DNA from: an uncultured Clostridia bacterium
GTDB lineage: Bacteria > Bacillota > Clostridia > Christensenellales > CAG-917
Length of the DNA: 64,000 bases
Assembly: GCA_963542015.1 (NCBI GenBank)
Contig: CAUTUX010000005.1
Location: forward strand, 9,557 to 73,556
Reading direction: 5' to 3'
Shown: positions 46,627 through 56,550 of the stretch, piece after piece
Layout: the number at the start of each line of letters is the position of its first letter
How positions within the stretch are numbered: the first letter of the stretch is position 1
Position numbers and translations under genes: made by a program
Notes under the pieces: generated by a model
What the model was told of the DNA's origin: nothing
Seen by the model: the letters and a program-made list of their open reading frames with translations, nothing else
Databases searched by the model: none

Positions 46627-48999
46627 TTACTTCAATGAACCTATATATTCTCTAATGGCACTTGCATTGTCATAAACATCAAACCCATTTTCTTTTGGAA
46701 CAAGAAGAGTTGGTGCTTTCTTTATTGAGAATGCGTTTGATAAATCTTTGTTTTGGATAGCATCCACATCAAGATATTTTACCTTTGCCTTATCTAACAT
46801 ACCTTTTGCAAGTTTGCAGTTAGGGCATGTAGGGGTTGAGAAAAGTGTGATTTTTTCTAGCTTTGGTGTGTTTGTCTGTTCACAGCCACAGTTTGCATGA
46901 GCATGAGCGTGTAGCTGAGAAGTTTCAATAACATATTCTTTTCTCTCATCAAATTCTTCAAGCTTACCATTATTCCAGTTCTGTACAGGTCTATAATAAC
47001 CAGTGATACGGCTATATACTTCGGCTTGTGCGTTACAGTATGGGCATCTTTCATGTTCGCCTTCAAGGTACCCGTGCTCAGCACATACTGAATATGTAGG
47101 AGACAAAGTGTAGTATGGTAATCTAAAGTTTTCAGCAATCTTTCTTACCAAATTTGCTGCCGTTTTCCAGTTATCTAATTTTTGACCTAAGAATGCGTGG
47201 AATACAGTTCCTGATGTATATAATGTCTGCAACTCATCTTGTATCTCGAGTGCCTTAAATATATCATCAGTAAAGCCAACAGGAAGGTGTGAGCTGTTTG
47301 TATAGTATGGAGTTGCATTCTTTCCTTTACCTTCAGAGGCTGTGATAATCTTAGGGAATTTAGCCTTATCATGTTTTGCAAGTCTGTATGATGTTGATTC
47401 TGCAGGTGTAGCCTCCAAGTTATATAAGTCACCATATTGTTCTTGATAATCTGACAATTTATTTCTCATGAAGTTCAACGTCTTCTTTGTAAATTCTTGA
47501 GCCGCCCTGTTTGTTAAATCTTTCTTTAACCATTTTGCATTTAAGCAAGCTTCGTTCATACCAACCAAACCGATTGTTGAGAAGTGGTTATTAAATGTTC
47601 CAAGATAATGCTTTGTGTATGGATATAAGCCAAACTCAAGAAGTCTTGTAACAACATTTCTCTTTACTTTCAATGATCTAGCAGAGATATCCATCAAGTT
47701 TGTGAGCCTTTCAAAGAATTCGGTTTCATCTTTAGAAAGATAGGCGATTCTAGGCATATTAATAGTTACAACGCCAACAGATCCTGTCGATTCACCGCTA
47801 CCAAAGAATCCACCAGATTTCTTTCTAAGTTCCCTTAAGTCAAGTCTTAAACGGCAACACATACTTCTTACATCACTTGGTTCCATATCACTATTTACAT
47901 AGTTGCTGAAATAAGGTGTACCGTATTTTGCAGTCATTTCAAACAATAGTTTATTGTTTTCAGTTTCGCCCCAATCAAAATTAGAAGTAATTGAATATGT
48001 TGGAATAGGGTATTGGAATCCCCTTCCGTTGGCATCACCTTCAATCATAATTTCGATGAATGCCTTATTAATCATATCCATTTCTTTTTTACAATCTTTG
48101 TATCTGAAGTTTTGTTCTTTTCCACCTACGATAGCATTAAGTTCTGCCAAATCGTTAGGCACAGTCCAGTCAAGCGTTATGTTTGTGAAAGGCGCCTGTG
48201 TACCCCAACGAGAAGGAGTATTTACACCATATATAAATGATTGCAAACATTGCTTTACCTGTTTATAGTCCAAATTGTCTTTTTTAACAAAAGGAGCAAG
48301 GTATGTATCAAAAGATGAGAATGCTTGAGCGCCAGCCCATTCATTTTGCATGATACCAAGGAAGTTAACCATTTGGTTACATAAGGTTGATAAATGTGAA
48401 GCAGGAGCAGAAGTGATTTTTCCTGGTATTCCACCGAGGCCTTGTTGTATTAATTGTTTCAATGACCATCCTGCACAGTATCCAGTGAGCATACTCAAGT
48501 CATGAATGTGAATATCTGCATTTCTATGAGCATCAGCAATTTCTTTATCATATATTTCAGACAACCAATAGTTTGCAGTTATAGCACCAGAGTTTGAAAG
48601 AATTAAACCACCAACGGAATAAGTAACTGTTGAGTTTTCTTTAACACGCCAGTCAGCAACATTTAAATAACTATCAACAGTGTTTTTATAGTCAATCATT
48701 GTTGAATCAACATTTCTAACTTTTTCTCTTTGCTTTCTATATAAGATGTAAGACTTTGCAGCCTCAACAAAACCGCTCTGTATAAGAACAACTTCAACTG
48801 AATCTTGTATCTCTTCAACGCTGATAATATCATCCTTAATTTTATGGTTAAAATCAGCAGAAACCTTTAATGCAAGGGTGTCTAAAATCTCTTGATTGTA
48901 ATCAACACCAACAGCTTTAAAAGCCTTCTCAACAGCAAGTTTAATCTTGCCTAATTCGAATGAAACGATACTTCCATCTCTCTTTCTAACATTTATCAT
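46627..48999 (-). CDS. nrdD: Anaerobic (class III) ribonucleoside-triphosphate reductase with a C-terminal thioredoxin-fold domain
   Basis: ATP-cone start MINVRKRDGSIVSF, thiyl loop SMCCRL, Zn ribbon CAEHG...CPYC, glycyl-radical motif RITGYY, then an extra CPNC domain. ATG 48999 has SD GGAGGT. Confidence 0.95.
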   Translation of the reverse strand: MINVRKRDGSIVSFELGKIKLAVEKAFKAVGVDYNQEILDTLALKVSADFNHKIKDDIISVEEIQDSVEVVLIQSGFVEAAKSYILYRKQREKVRNVDSTMIDYKNTVDSYLNVADWRVKENSTVTYSVGGLILSNSGAITANYWLSEIYDKEIADAHRNADIHIHDLSMLTGYCAGWSLKQLIQQGLGGIPGKITSAPASHLSTLCNQMVNFLGIMQNEWAGAQAFSSFDTYLAPFVKKDNLDYKQVKQCLQSFIYGVNTPSRWGTQAPFTNITLDWTVPNDLAELNAIVGGKEQNFRYKDCKKEMDMINKAFIEIMIEGDANGRGFQYPIPTYSITSNFDWGETENNKLLFEMTAKYGTPYFSNYVNSDMEPSDVRSMCCRLRLDLRELRKKSGGFFGSGESTGSVGVVTINMPRIAYLSKDETEFFERLTNLMDISARSLKVKRNVVTRLLEFGLYPYTKHYLGTFNNHFSTIGLVGMNEACLNAKWLKKDLTNRAAQEFTKKTLNFMRNKLSDYQEQYGDLYNLEATPAESTSYRLAKHDKAKFPKIITASEGKGKNATPYYTNSSHLPVGFTDDIFKALEIQDELQTLYTSGTVFHAFLGQKLDNWKTAANLVRKIAENFRLPYYTLSPTYSVCAEHGYLEGEHERCPYCNAQAEVYSRITGYYRPVQNWNNGKLEEFDERKEYVIETSQLHAHAHANCGCEQTNTPKLEKITLFSTPTCPNCKLAKGMLDKAKVKYLDVDAIQNKDLSNAFSIKKAPTLLVPKENGFDVYDNASAIREYIGSLK

Positions 49000-49064
49000 A
49001 AGATACCTCCGATTTGATTGTTTTCTCATTATAGGCTCGTCAAAAAGCGATGTCAACAGCAAAA

Positions 49065-49080
49065 ACACAACTTATTGTGG
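49065..49080. promoter_or_regulatory. NrdR box 1
   Basis: ACACAACTTATTGTGG matches the 16-bp NrdR palindrome acaCwAtATaTwGtgt at 13 of 16 positions. Confidence 0.6.
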
Positions 49081-49096
49081 TTTTTCAGCAACAAAA

Positions 49097-49112
49097 CCAC
49101 AATATATAGTAG
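49097..49112. promoter_or_regulatory. NrdR box 2 (overlaps the nrdD -10)
   Basis: CCACAATATATAGTAG matches the consensus at 13 of 16 positions. It lies 32 bp (about 3 helical turns) from box 1, as is typical for tandem NrdR boxes. Confidence 0.6.
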
Positions 49113-49131
49113 TTTTGTGCAAAATTGTGAA
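49103..49131 (-). promoter_or_regulatory. Candidate nrdD promoter
   Basis: On the minus strand: TTCACA (49131-49126), 17-nt spacer, TATATA (49108-49103). Confidence 0.45.
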
Positions 49132-49148
49132 AAGTTAGTTGTAATTTC

Positions 49149-49317
49149 AAAATGCTGAAAATCGGCAAAATTTTAACAAATTAAATAAAAATCGTAAAAA
49201 AATTAACAAAAATTGAATAAAAATCGATAAAAATTTTATAAAATTTGCAAAAAATTGTTAAAAAATCTTTAAAAAAATACAAAAAATTTTAAATTTTGAC
49301 AAAAAATGATAAAAAAA
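49149..49317. repeat. Array of 17 helically phased A-tracts (intrinsically curved DNA) between nrdD and pflB
   Basis: A-tract starts at 49149, 158, 167, 178, 187, 196, 208, 219, 229, 240, 249, 260, 271, 281, 291, 301 and 311. That is 162 bp over 16 steps, about 10.1 bp per step. Confidence 0.85.
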
Positions 49318-49318
49318 C

Positions 49319-49347
49319 TTGTTTTTTGAACGTCATAGGCATAATAT
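49319..49347 (+). promoter_or_regulatory. Candidate pflB promoter
   Basis: TTGTTT (49319-49324), 17-nt spacer, TAATAT (49342-49347), directly abutting the A-tract array. Confidence 0.5.
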
Positions 49348-49381
49348 TAGGTTGTAAAAAACACATGGAGGAATTTCAGAA

Positions 49382-51604
49382 ATGGAAGCATGGAGAAAAT
49401 TTAAAACAGGTTATTGGTGTAATGAAATCAATGTAAGTGATTTTATTAAGAAGAACTACACACCATATGATGGTGATGCATCATTCTTGAGACCAGCAAC
49501 AGAGAGAACAAAGAAGGTAATGGAACATGTTAATAAACTGTTGAGCATTGAGAATGAGAAGGGTGTATATGATATTGATACTGAGAACATAACATCTATT
49601 GATGAATATCAACCAGGTTATGTAGATAGAGAGAGAGATATCATTAAAGGATTGCAGACAGATGCTCCTTTAAAGAGAGCTATCAACCCATTTGCAGGAA
49701 AGAGAATGTGTGAGCAGGCTTGTCGTGCATATGGTTATGAGATGTCAGACAAGATTAGAGAAGCCTTTAAGTATAGAACAACACATAATGATGGTGTGTT
49801 CCGTGTATATACAGATTTAATGAGAAAGGCAAGACACTGTGGATTAATCACAGGGTTACCAGATGCATATGCAAGAGGACGTATCATAGGTGACTACAGA
49901 AGAGTTGCATTGTATGGTATGGATTTCTTAATTGAAGAAAAGAAAAAAGACAAGGCGAAGATTGGCAACAAAACAATGACAGCTGAAAATATCCAACTAT
50001 TGGAAGATATCAGCAAACAAATTGAGTTCATGAAAAAACTTATTGTTCTTGCAAGTCAGTATGGTTGTGATATCACAAAGCCAGCACAGAACTTCAGAGA
50101 AGCAGTACAATGGTTGTATTTTGGATATCTTGGAGCTGTAAAGGAACAGAATGGTGCCGCAAACAGTATCGGAAGAATTACAACATTCCTCGATATATAT
50201 GCTGAAAGAGATTTGGCTGAAGGAAGCCTTACAGAAGATGAAGCTCAAGAAATAATAGATGACTTAGTAATCAAATTAAGACTTGTAAGACACTTGAGAA
50301 CACCAGAATATAATGAAATATTTGCAGGAGATCCAACATGGGTAACTAGCTCAGAAGGTGGTCTAACTGTTGAAGGAAAGTCAATGGTAACAAAGACAAA
50401 CTTCAGAATGTTGAATACATTATATAACCTCGGACCAAGTGCAGAACCAAATATCACAATTCTTTGGTCAGAAAAGTTACCACAAGGATTTAAAGATTTC
50501 TGTGCAAAGGTTTCTATTGATACAGACTCAATACAGTATGAGAATGACGATGTTATGAGACCTATGTATGGAGATGACTATGGTATTGCATGTTGTGTAT
50601 CTGCAATGCAGATTGGTAAGCAGATGCAGTATTTTGGAGCAAGATGTAACCTTACAAAAGTTCTTTTGATGGCATTGAACGGTGGTAAAGATGAAATCTA
50701 TGCAGAACAGATCGGACCAAAAGGAAAGGTATATGCAGAAGAAGTTCTTGATTATGATACAGTTATCAAGTCATTTAAAGAATATGCTTCATGGATGGCA
50801 AAACTATATGTAAACACATTAAACATCATTCACTATATGCATGATAAGTATGCTTATGAAAGATTGATGATGTCATTACATGATACAAAGGTAGAAAGAC
50901 TCATGGCATTTGGTGTATCAGGCTTGTCAGTTTTAACAGATAGCTTGAGTGCAATTAAATATGCAAAAGTAACTCCTGTAAAGGATGAAAGAGGAATTAT
51001 CGTTGACTTTAAGACAGAAGGTGAATTCCCTAAATATGGTAACGATGATGATAGAGTTGATTCAATAGCAACAGAGCTTGTAGAATTCTTCTTCAACGAA
51101 CTGAAAAAGACTCCAGCATATAGAAAAGCAAGACATACATTATCAATCCTCACAATTACTTCAAATGTTATGTATGGAAAGAAAACAGGAAATACACCTG
51201 ATGGAAGAAGAGCAGGACAACCATTTGCTCCAGGTGCTAATCCAATGCATGGAAGAGATGCAGAAGGAGCATTGGCAAGCTTGAACTCAGTTGCAAAACT
51301 CAACTACTGCTGCTGTCAAGATGGAATTTCAAATACATTCTCAATTACACCTAATGTTTTGGGTAAAGATGAAAAGAGTCGTGTAAATAACCTTGTAAGC
51401 ATATTGGATGGATACTTTGAAAAGAAGGCTCACCATATCAATGTAAATGTCTTGAATAGAGAAAGATTGATTGATGCAATGGAACATCCTGGGAAATACC
51501 CAAGCTTAACAATAAGAGTAAGTGGATACGCTGTAAACTTTAATAAATTAACAAGAGAACAGCAGGAAGAAGTAATCTCAAGAACATTCCACTCAAAGTT
51601 ATAA
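49382..51604 (+). CDS. pflB: Pyruvate formate-lyase (formate C-acetyltransferase)
   Basis: Active-site GIACCVSAM, glycyl-radical motif [10 protein letters not shown] near the C-terminus, 740 aa. Confidence 0.97.
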   Translation: MEAWRKFKTGYWCNEINVSDFIKKNYTPYDGDASFLRPATERTKKVMEHVNKLLSIENEKGVYDIDTENITSIDEYQPGYVDRERDIIKGLQTDAPLKRAINPFAGKRMCEQACRAYGYEMSDKIREAFKYRTTHNDGVFRVYTDLMRKARHCGLITGLPDAYARGRIIGDYRRVALYGMDFLIEEKKKDKAKIGNKTMTAENIQLLEDISKQIEFMKKLIVLASQYGCDITKPAQNFREAVQWLYFGYLGAVKEQNGAANSIGRITTFLDIYAERDLAEGSLTEDEAQEIIDDLVIKLRLVRHLRTPEYNEIFAGDPTWVTSSEGGLTVEGKSMVTKTNFRMLNTLYNLGPSAEPNITILWSEKLPQGFKDFCAKVSIDTDSIQYENDDVMRPMYGDDYGIACCVSAMQIGKQMQYFGARCNLTKVLLMALNGGKDEIYAEQIGPKGKVYAEEVLDYDTVIKSFKEYASWMAKLYVNTLNIIHYMHDKYAYERLMMSLHDTKVERLMAFGVSGLSVLTDSLSAIKYAKVTPVKDERGIIVDFKTEGEFPKYGNDDDRVDSIATELVEFFFNELKKTPAYRKARHTLSILTITSNVMYGKKTGNTPDGRRAGQPFAPGANPMHGRDAEGALASLNSVAKLNYCCCQDGISNTFSITPNVLGKDEKSRVNNLVSILDGYFEKKAHHINVNVLNRERLIDAMEHPGKYPSLTIRVSGYAVNFNKLTREQQEEVISRTFHSKL

Positions 51605-51626
51605 GAGGACTAATTTAAAGACCGTA

Positions 51627-52361
51627 ATGGATAGTGAAATATTAACCGCCCCCATTCACAGCTATGAAAGTATGGCTACCTTGGATGGGGATGGTGTACG
51701 GTTTGCAGTATTTTTTTATGGCTGTCCGTTGAGATGTGTGTATTGTCACAATCCGGATACATGGTGCATAAAACCTAAGAATTATGTACCTTCAGATGTT
51801 CTTTTCAAAAAAGTAGTAAGATATAAAGAATATTTTAAAAATAGAGGTGGAATAACCTTTACAGGCGGAGAGCCTCTTTTATATGCCAAATATATTACGC
51901 AAGTAAATGAAAAGTTGAAAGAAGCTGGTATAGGATATGATTTGGACACATGTGGAAATGTGGCTTTAACTGATGATGTAAAAAAAGCGATAGATGAATC
52001 AGACCTTGTTATGCTTGATGTCAAATTTCCAACAGAGGAAGAATATAAGAAGTATATAAAGGGAAGTCTAAAAAAAACACTCGACACATTAGATTATCTT
52101 GAAAAAACAAACAAAAGAACATGGATTAGAATAGTTGTTGTCCCTGGATTAAATGATACAAAAGAAAAAATGGATGAATACTTAAAGTTACTAAACGGGA
52201 AGCAGTGTATAGAATCAATTGATTTGTTAGCATTCCACACCATGGGATTTGTGAAATATGAAGAACTAGGTATCGAGAACCCTTTAGCGGGTTATTCGGC
52301 ACTTGATGAAGATGTTTTAAGTTCTTTAAAACAATATGTAAATTCAAAATGGCAAAAGTAG
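51627..52361 (+). CDS. pflA: Pyruvate formate-lyase activating enzyme
   Basis: Radical-SAM CPLRCVYCHNPD, GGITFTGGEPL. Confidence 0.93.
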   Translation: MDSEILTAPIHSYESMATLDGDGVRFAVFFYGCPLRCVYCHNPDTWCIKPKNYVPSDVLFKKVVRYKEYFKNRGGITFTGGEPLLYAKYITQVNEKLKEAGIGYDLDTCGNVALTDDVKKAIDESDLVMLDVKFPTEEEYKKYIKGSLKKTLDTLDYLEKTNKRTWIRIVVVPGLNDTKEKMDEYLKLLNGKQCIESIDLLAFHTMGFVKYEELGIENPLAGYSALDEDVLSSLKQYVNSKWQK

Positions 52362-54376
52362 AGCTTCTTGCACCAGCGGGAGATATTGAGTCATTTAATT
52401 CGGCATTGGCAAGTGGGGCAGATGCTATATATCTTGGTTTAGATGATTTTAACGCCAGAAAGAAAGCTCAAAATTTTTCAAGGGATAATATTAAAGAAGT
52501 AATACAAAAAGCACATCAAAGAGATGTTAAAGTTTATTTAACGCTTAATACAATTGTTTCAGATGAAGAAGTTTCAAAAATTAAAGAAACAATAGATGTA
52601 GCAATATTGGCAGATATAGATGCATTTATAGTTCAAGATTTTGGAGTGTTGTATATCTTAACCCACGAATATGATTTGGGGAAAATAGAAATACATGCAT
52701 CAACTCAGATGGGAATTCACAACTTGGAAGGAGCACAAATTGCCAAGCAATTAGGCATATCAAGAATTGTGCTTTCAAGAGAAACAACAAAAAAAGACAT
52801 AATTGAAATAAGTAAAAATGTAGATATAGATTTGGAATTTTTTGTACAAGGAGCACTCTGTGTAGGGTTTTCAGGCAACTGCTATATGTCCTATTGCGAT
52901 AATGGGAAAAGCGGAAATAGAGGTGAGTGCAGACAATTGTGTAGATATCGTTATTACGATCCTAATGAAAATAAAACAGCATATTTTCTTTCTACAAAAG
53001 ATATATGTCTTGCAAATAGTCTAAAAGAATTAACGGATATTGGAATAAAATCATTTAAAATAGAGGGACGGTTAAGAAGACAAGAATATGTCCAGGAGGC
53101 AGTTTCGATATATAGACGCCTTATAGACGATATAAATAAGGGTAAAGAATGCAAACTAATTGAAGACGAGGAAAGAAGGCTGAAAATAGCATATAACAGA
53201 GGGAATTATACAAAAAGGCTTTACTTGGACAACCCAAATGCAAATACCATATATGCAGAAAACAACAATCACGAAGGATTGAGGATAGGTAAAGTAATTG
53301 GTGTGTCTAATCGGATAAATGTATACAAAATACAAATCCAATCCAAAGAAAAAATACAAACGGGAGATGGACTTAAATTTTTTGATGGAACATCTGAAGT
53401 TGCAAGTCTTGGAGTTGGGAATATTGAACAGAATGGCAATATCTATACCATATACAGCAAAACTAAAGTTAAAGTAGGTAATGATGTAAATTTAATATCA
53501 AGAAAATTAAATAAAGTGACATTGGGGAAGCAAAAGATATCATATTTCGTAAAAATGGATGGAGACTTTGAGTTACACATTAAAAACAATAATCATATGG
53601 TTGGAGCAAGAGTTAAATCAAAAGCAGATACGACAGTAGAGGACAGATATATTAAGAATGCTCTATACAATATATATGATACGGAATTTACAGTTGAAGA
53701 TATTAAGATACAGCATATTAGTGAGACTAGAGTATCCTTAGAAGAAATTAATTCATTAAGAAATAATTTATTGGAAGACCTTAGAAATGAAAAGGTTAGA
53801 GTATATAAGAAAAAACTAGTAAAGAAAGAAAGCAATGAAAGGGCAGAAATAAAAGAAGCAGTTGTAACAAATTATACAGATGACTTAAATATTCCAACAC
53901 TTAATGAAGATACTATTATTAAACTGAATAGTTATAGCACTAAAAATATTCAGAGATTAAAAGAACTCAATCAAAGCAATCATGTAATTATTCAGTTGCC
54001 AACAATAGCAACAAACGAAGATATGATACTAATAAGGAAGACAATGAAGGATGCTGGTATCAATAAAGTTCTAATAACAAACATATATGGATTTGCCATA
54101 CAAGCAAAAGAGAAACATGTTGACTATCATTTAAATATAGCTAACAAGTATGCCACATACCTATTGGATGATTTACATGTTGACGCTGTAGAGAGGAGTG
54201 TTGAGTTTCCAATTGAACATTCTGCAGTCCAGAAACTTAATATAAAAAGAGAAAAAGCATTAATGACAATAAGAAGTGAATTGAAGGCAACGGGTTTGGA
54301 GACAGCAAAACGGAAGTATAAGGTTGTTCCAATTCAAGTAAAAAATAAATATTTTGAAGTATATGCATCAAAATAA
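52349..54376 (+). CDS. Peptidase U32 family protein, long form with a C-terminal extension
   Basis: ELLAPAG...GADAIYLG start, VQGALCVGFSGNCYMS...GECRQLCR motif. 13-nt overlap with the pflA end. Confidence 0.85.
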   Translation: MAKVELLAPAGDIESFNSALASGADAIYLGLDDFNARKKAQNFSRDNIKEVIQKAHQRDVKVYLTLNTIVSDEEVSKIKETIDVAILADIDAFIVQDFGVLYILTHEYDLGKIEIHASTQMGIHNLEGAQIAKQLGISRIVLSRETTKKDIIEISKNVDIDLEFFVQGALCVGFSGNCYMSYCDNGKSGNRGECRQLCRYRYYDPNENKTAYFLSTKDICLANSLKELTDIGIKSFKIEGRLRRQEYVQEAVSIYRRLIDDINKGKECKLIEDEERRLKIAYNRGNYTKRLYLDNPNANTIYAENNNHEGLRIGKVIGVSNRINVYKIQIQSKEKIQTGDGLKFFDGTSEVASLGVGNIEQNGNIYTIYSKTKVKVGNDVNLISRKLNKVTLGKQKISYFVKMDGDFELHIKNNNHMVGARVKSKADTTVEDRYIKNALYNIYDTEFTVEDIKIQHISETRVSLEEINSLRNNLLEDLRNEKVRVYKKKLVKKESNERAEIKEAVVTNYTDDLNIPTLNEDTIIKLNSYSTKNIQRLKELNQSNHVIIQLPTIATNEDMILIRKTMKDAGINKVLITNIYGFAIQAKEKHVDYHLNIANKYATYLLDDLHVDAVERSVEFPIEHSAVQKLNIKREKALMTIRSELKATGLETAKRKYKVVPIQVKNKYFEVYASK

Positions 54377-54460
54377 TTAATGGACATTTTGATGGCACGC
54401 AATTAAACTTTAAGAAAGTTGTTAAGTAACAGAAGTTATCAAAAATAATCGGAGAGATAT

Positions 54461-55045
54461 ATGAAAGTAATAATCGGATTGGGTAATATCGGCAAACAAT
54501 ATGAGAATACATTTCACAATATCGGCTTTATGGTTATTGATGAATTTGCGAAAAAACATGGATTAAAAGATTTTAGAAAAGCGTGTGATGCGGAGATATG
54601 CATTGGAGATTTTTGTGGTGAAGAATTTGTATTAGCGAAGCCAACCACATTTATGAACGCATCTGGAAACAGTGTGAAAAAGCTGTTTGAGAAGTATGCA
54701 AGTAATAAGTTGGAAAACATTTTAATAATTTATGATGATGCCGATTTAGAAGTTGGCAACATAAGAATGAGAATGTCAGGTTCAGCTGGGACACACAACG
54801 GAATGAGAAATATTGTGTCTATAATGCAAAATACGGATATAGCCAGACTAAGGCTTGGAATTAAAAATGACGAATTAAAACAGGCACAGGTGCAGATAAT
54901 TGATCATGTCTTAGGAAAAATAAAGCCAAATGACAAAGAAAAGATAAAGACGGTTTTCCCAGTTGCCATAGAATGTATTGAGGACTTTATATCAAACAAG
55001 GATCCTCAGAGAATAATAGAGAAGGTTAATAGAAAAAGAGATTAG
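54461..55045 (+). CDS. pth: Peptidyl-tRNA hydrolase
   Basis: GLGNIGKQYENTFHNIGF, PTTFMNASG, GTHNGMR. Confidence 0.95.
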   Translation: MKVIIGLGNIGKQYENTFHNIGFMVIDEFAKKHGLKDFRKACDAEICIGDFCGEEFVLAKPTTFMNASGNSVKKLFEKYASNKLENILIIYDDADLEVGNIRMRMSGSAGTHNGMRNIVSIMQNTDIARLRLGIKNDELKQAQVQIIDHVLGKIKPNDKEKIKTVFPVAIECIEDFISNKDPQRIIEKVNRKRD

Positions 55046-55848
55046 TCTAAAGTAATTGCAACTGTGTAAACATCATTCTTTGTGATATTTTTTTCTTTAG
55101 CGACAAACTTAATTGCATCCTTCTTATCCATACCTTTAGAGATACAAAATATCAGTGCATCTTTGATACTCATATCTATAATTTCAGATGAATTGCTTGC
55201 TGGCAATACAATAAGAACCATTTCTCCTTTTTCAGTACAATTGAAATTTGCTAAAGAAGTTTGAACAAGTTCTTCGTGAAGTTTAGTAAGTTCTCTAGCT
55301 ATGAAACACTCTCTGTTTCCTAATATAGAAAGAAGAAAAGAGGCTGTATTTTTAATATCATGAGGTGCCACATATAACATAAAAGGGTGAGTTAGCGATT
55401 GCACATTTAAGATCATATTTTTTTTATCAGACATCTTTTCGGGGAGGAATCCAAGAAAAGTAAAGCCTGAGTATATACTACCTAGCCACGAAAATGCAGA
55501 AGTTGTTGCAGATACACCAGGGATTATCGAAACATTAATTCCTTTGTCTCTGCACTTCCTTATGACAACAGCTCCAGGATCACAAATGCCAGGCATGCCA
55601 GCATCTGAAATAATAGCGACATTTTTCCCATTGATAATCATATCTATAATTTCTTCACTGCGTTCTGTCTCATTATACTTATGATAGGAGATTAATGGCT
55701 TTGAAATTTGATAATGTTGTAGAAGTTTCATTGATGTGCGAGTATCTTCACAAGCAATAACATCTACAAATTTCAGCACTTCCAAGGCACGCAGAGTTAT
55801 ATCTTTAAGATTCCCAATGGGTGTTCCAACAACATACAAAGCACTCAT
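55042..55848 (-). CDS. rsmI: 16S rRNA (cytidine1402-2'-O)-methyltransferase
   Basis: LYVVGTPIGNLKDITLRALEVL and ACEDTR, tetrapyrrole-methylase fold. Confidence 0.9.
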   Translation of the reverse strand: MSALYVVGTPIGNLKDITLRALEVLKFVDVIACEDTRTSMKLLQHYQISKPLISYHKYNETERSEEIIDMIINGKNVAIISDAGMPGICDPGAVVIRKCRDKGINVSIIPGVSATTSAFSWLGSIYSGFTFLGFLPEKMSDKKNMILNVQSLTHPFMLYVAPHDIKNTASFLLSILGNRECFIARELTKLHEELVQTSLANFNCTEKGEMVLIVLPASNSSEIIDMSIKDALIFCISKGMDKKDAIKFVAKEKNITKNDVYTVAITLD

Positions 55849-56549
55849 TTAATTATCTCCATGAATTGAGAAGTATATTTCCCAGCAGAGTCCATAATAG
55901 TTATGCTTGCAGTCTGCAGTCCAGGGGAGGCACCTTTTCTGGCTTTAACAATTATTAGATCAACATCCTTATTAGGTTTTGTATATATAAGGAAGAGCTT
56001 TTTAGGTTCAAGACTATACTTACGCAGTGTGCATATGAGATCACACATGCGGTTTACCTTATATGATATGTAAGCGTCTCCTCCGAACTTTAAGGCAAAA
56101 GCTATTCCTTTGCAGAAATCATTTAGTGCATCATCTTTATCAGTACGGGCAGTTGATTTGGAAGAATTTTCAGAATCAATTGAACTTATAAAGTACGGAG
56201 GGTTACAGAGAGCAACAGAAAAACTTTCATGCTCAACAAGCTTATTAATATCTCTAACATCTCCATTTATAAATGATATAGTTTTGTCACAGTGATTATA
56301 TTTAGAACTTTCAACACACAAATCAAACAGCTCTTTTTGAATTTCAATACCTAAAGAGAACGATGCATGTTTTTTAAAGTGGGATAAAAATGTCAATATT
56401 CCGTTACCACAGCCAAAATCAATAACCCTATCTTTGGGAGTAATGGTTGCGAGATTCGCCAAAATAACAGAATCTTGAGTAAAAGAGTATATCCCTTTAT
56501 CTTGGTATATCGCCAGATCATCAATTTCCAACGATACAAGCTGTTTCAA
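55845..56549 (-). CDS. SAM-dependent methyltransferase, YabB/TrmN6 (tRNA m6A37)-like
   Basis: DFGCGNGIL SAM motif and CNPPYF N6-adenine-type motif. Sits next to rsmI, as B. subtilis yabB sits next to yabC. Confidence 0.75.
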   Translation of the reverse strand: MKQLVSLEIDDLAIYQDKGIYSFTQDSVILANLATITPKDRVIDFGCGNGILTFLSHFKKHASFSLGIEIQKELFDLCVESSKYNHCDKTISFINGDVRDINKLVEHESFSVALCNPPYFISSIDSENSSKSTARTDKDDALNDFCKGIAFALKFGGDAYISYKVNRMCDLICTLRKYSLEPKKLFLIYTKPNKDVDLIIVKARKGASPGLQTASITIMDSAGKYTSQFMEIIK

Positions 56550-56550
56550 A

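Noticed and set aside
48999-49068. ORF-track N-terminal extensions: nrdD from GTG 49068, tkt-N from 14949, rplJ from 22342, rpmG from 19777, fusA from 16337, cysS from 3543.
   Set aside because: The internal ATG codons give N-termini matching the families and have proper SDs. The extensions would run through NrdR boxes, a leader hairpin, or the upstream gene's stop region.
49205-49235. FNR/CRP-like (TTGAT-N4-ATCAA) and clostridial Rex-like (TTGTTAA-N4-TTAACAA) sites in the nrdD-pflB region. Also TTGTGAG...TTACAA near the rbr promoter (23378-23400).
   Set aside because: The best candidates (TTGAATAAAAATCGA; TTGTTAAAAAATCTTTAA; TTGTGAG-N10-TTACAA) have wrong spacing and/or a mismatched second half-site. 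They are easily produced by chance in A/T-rich DNA.
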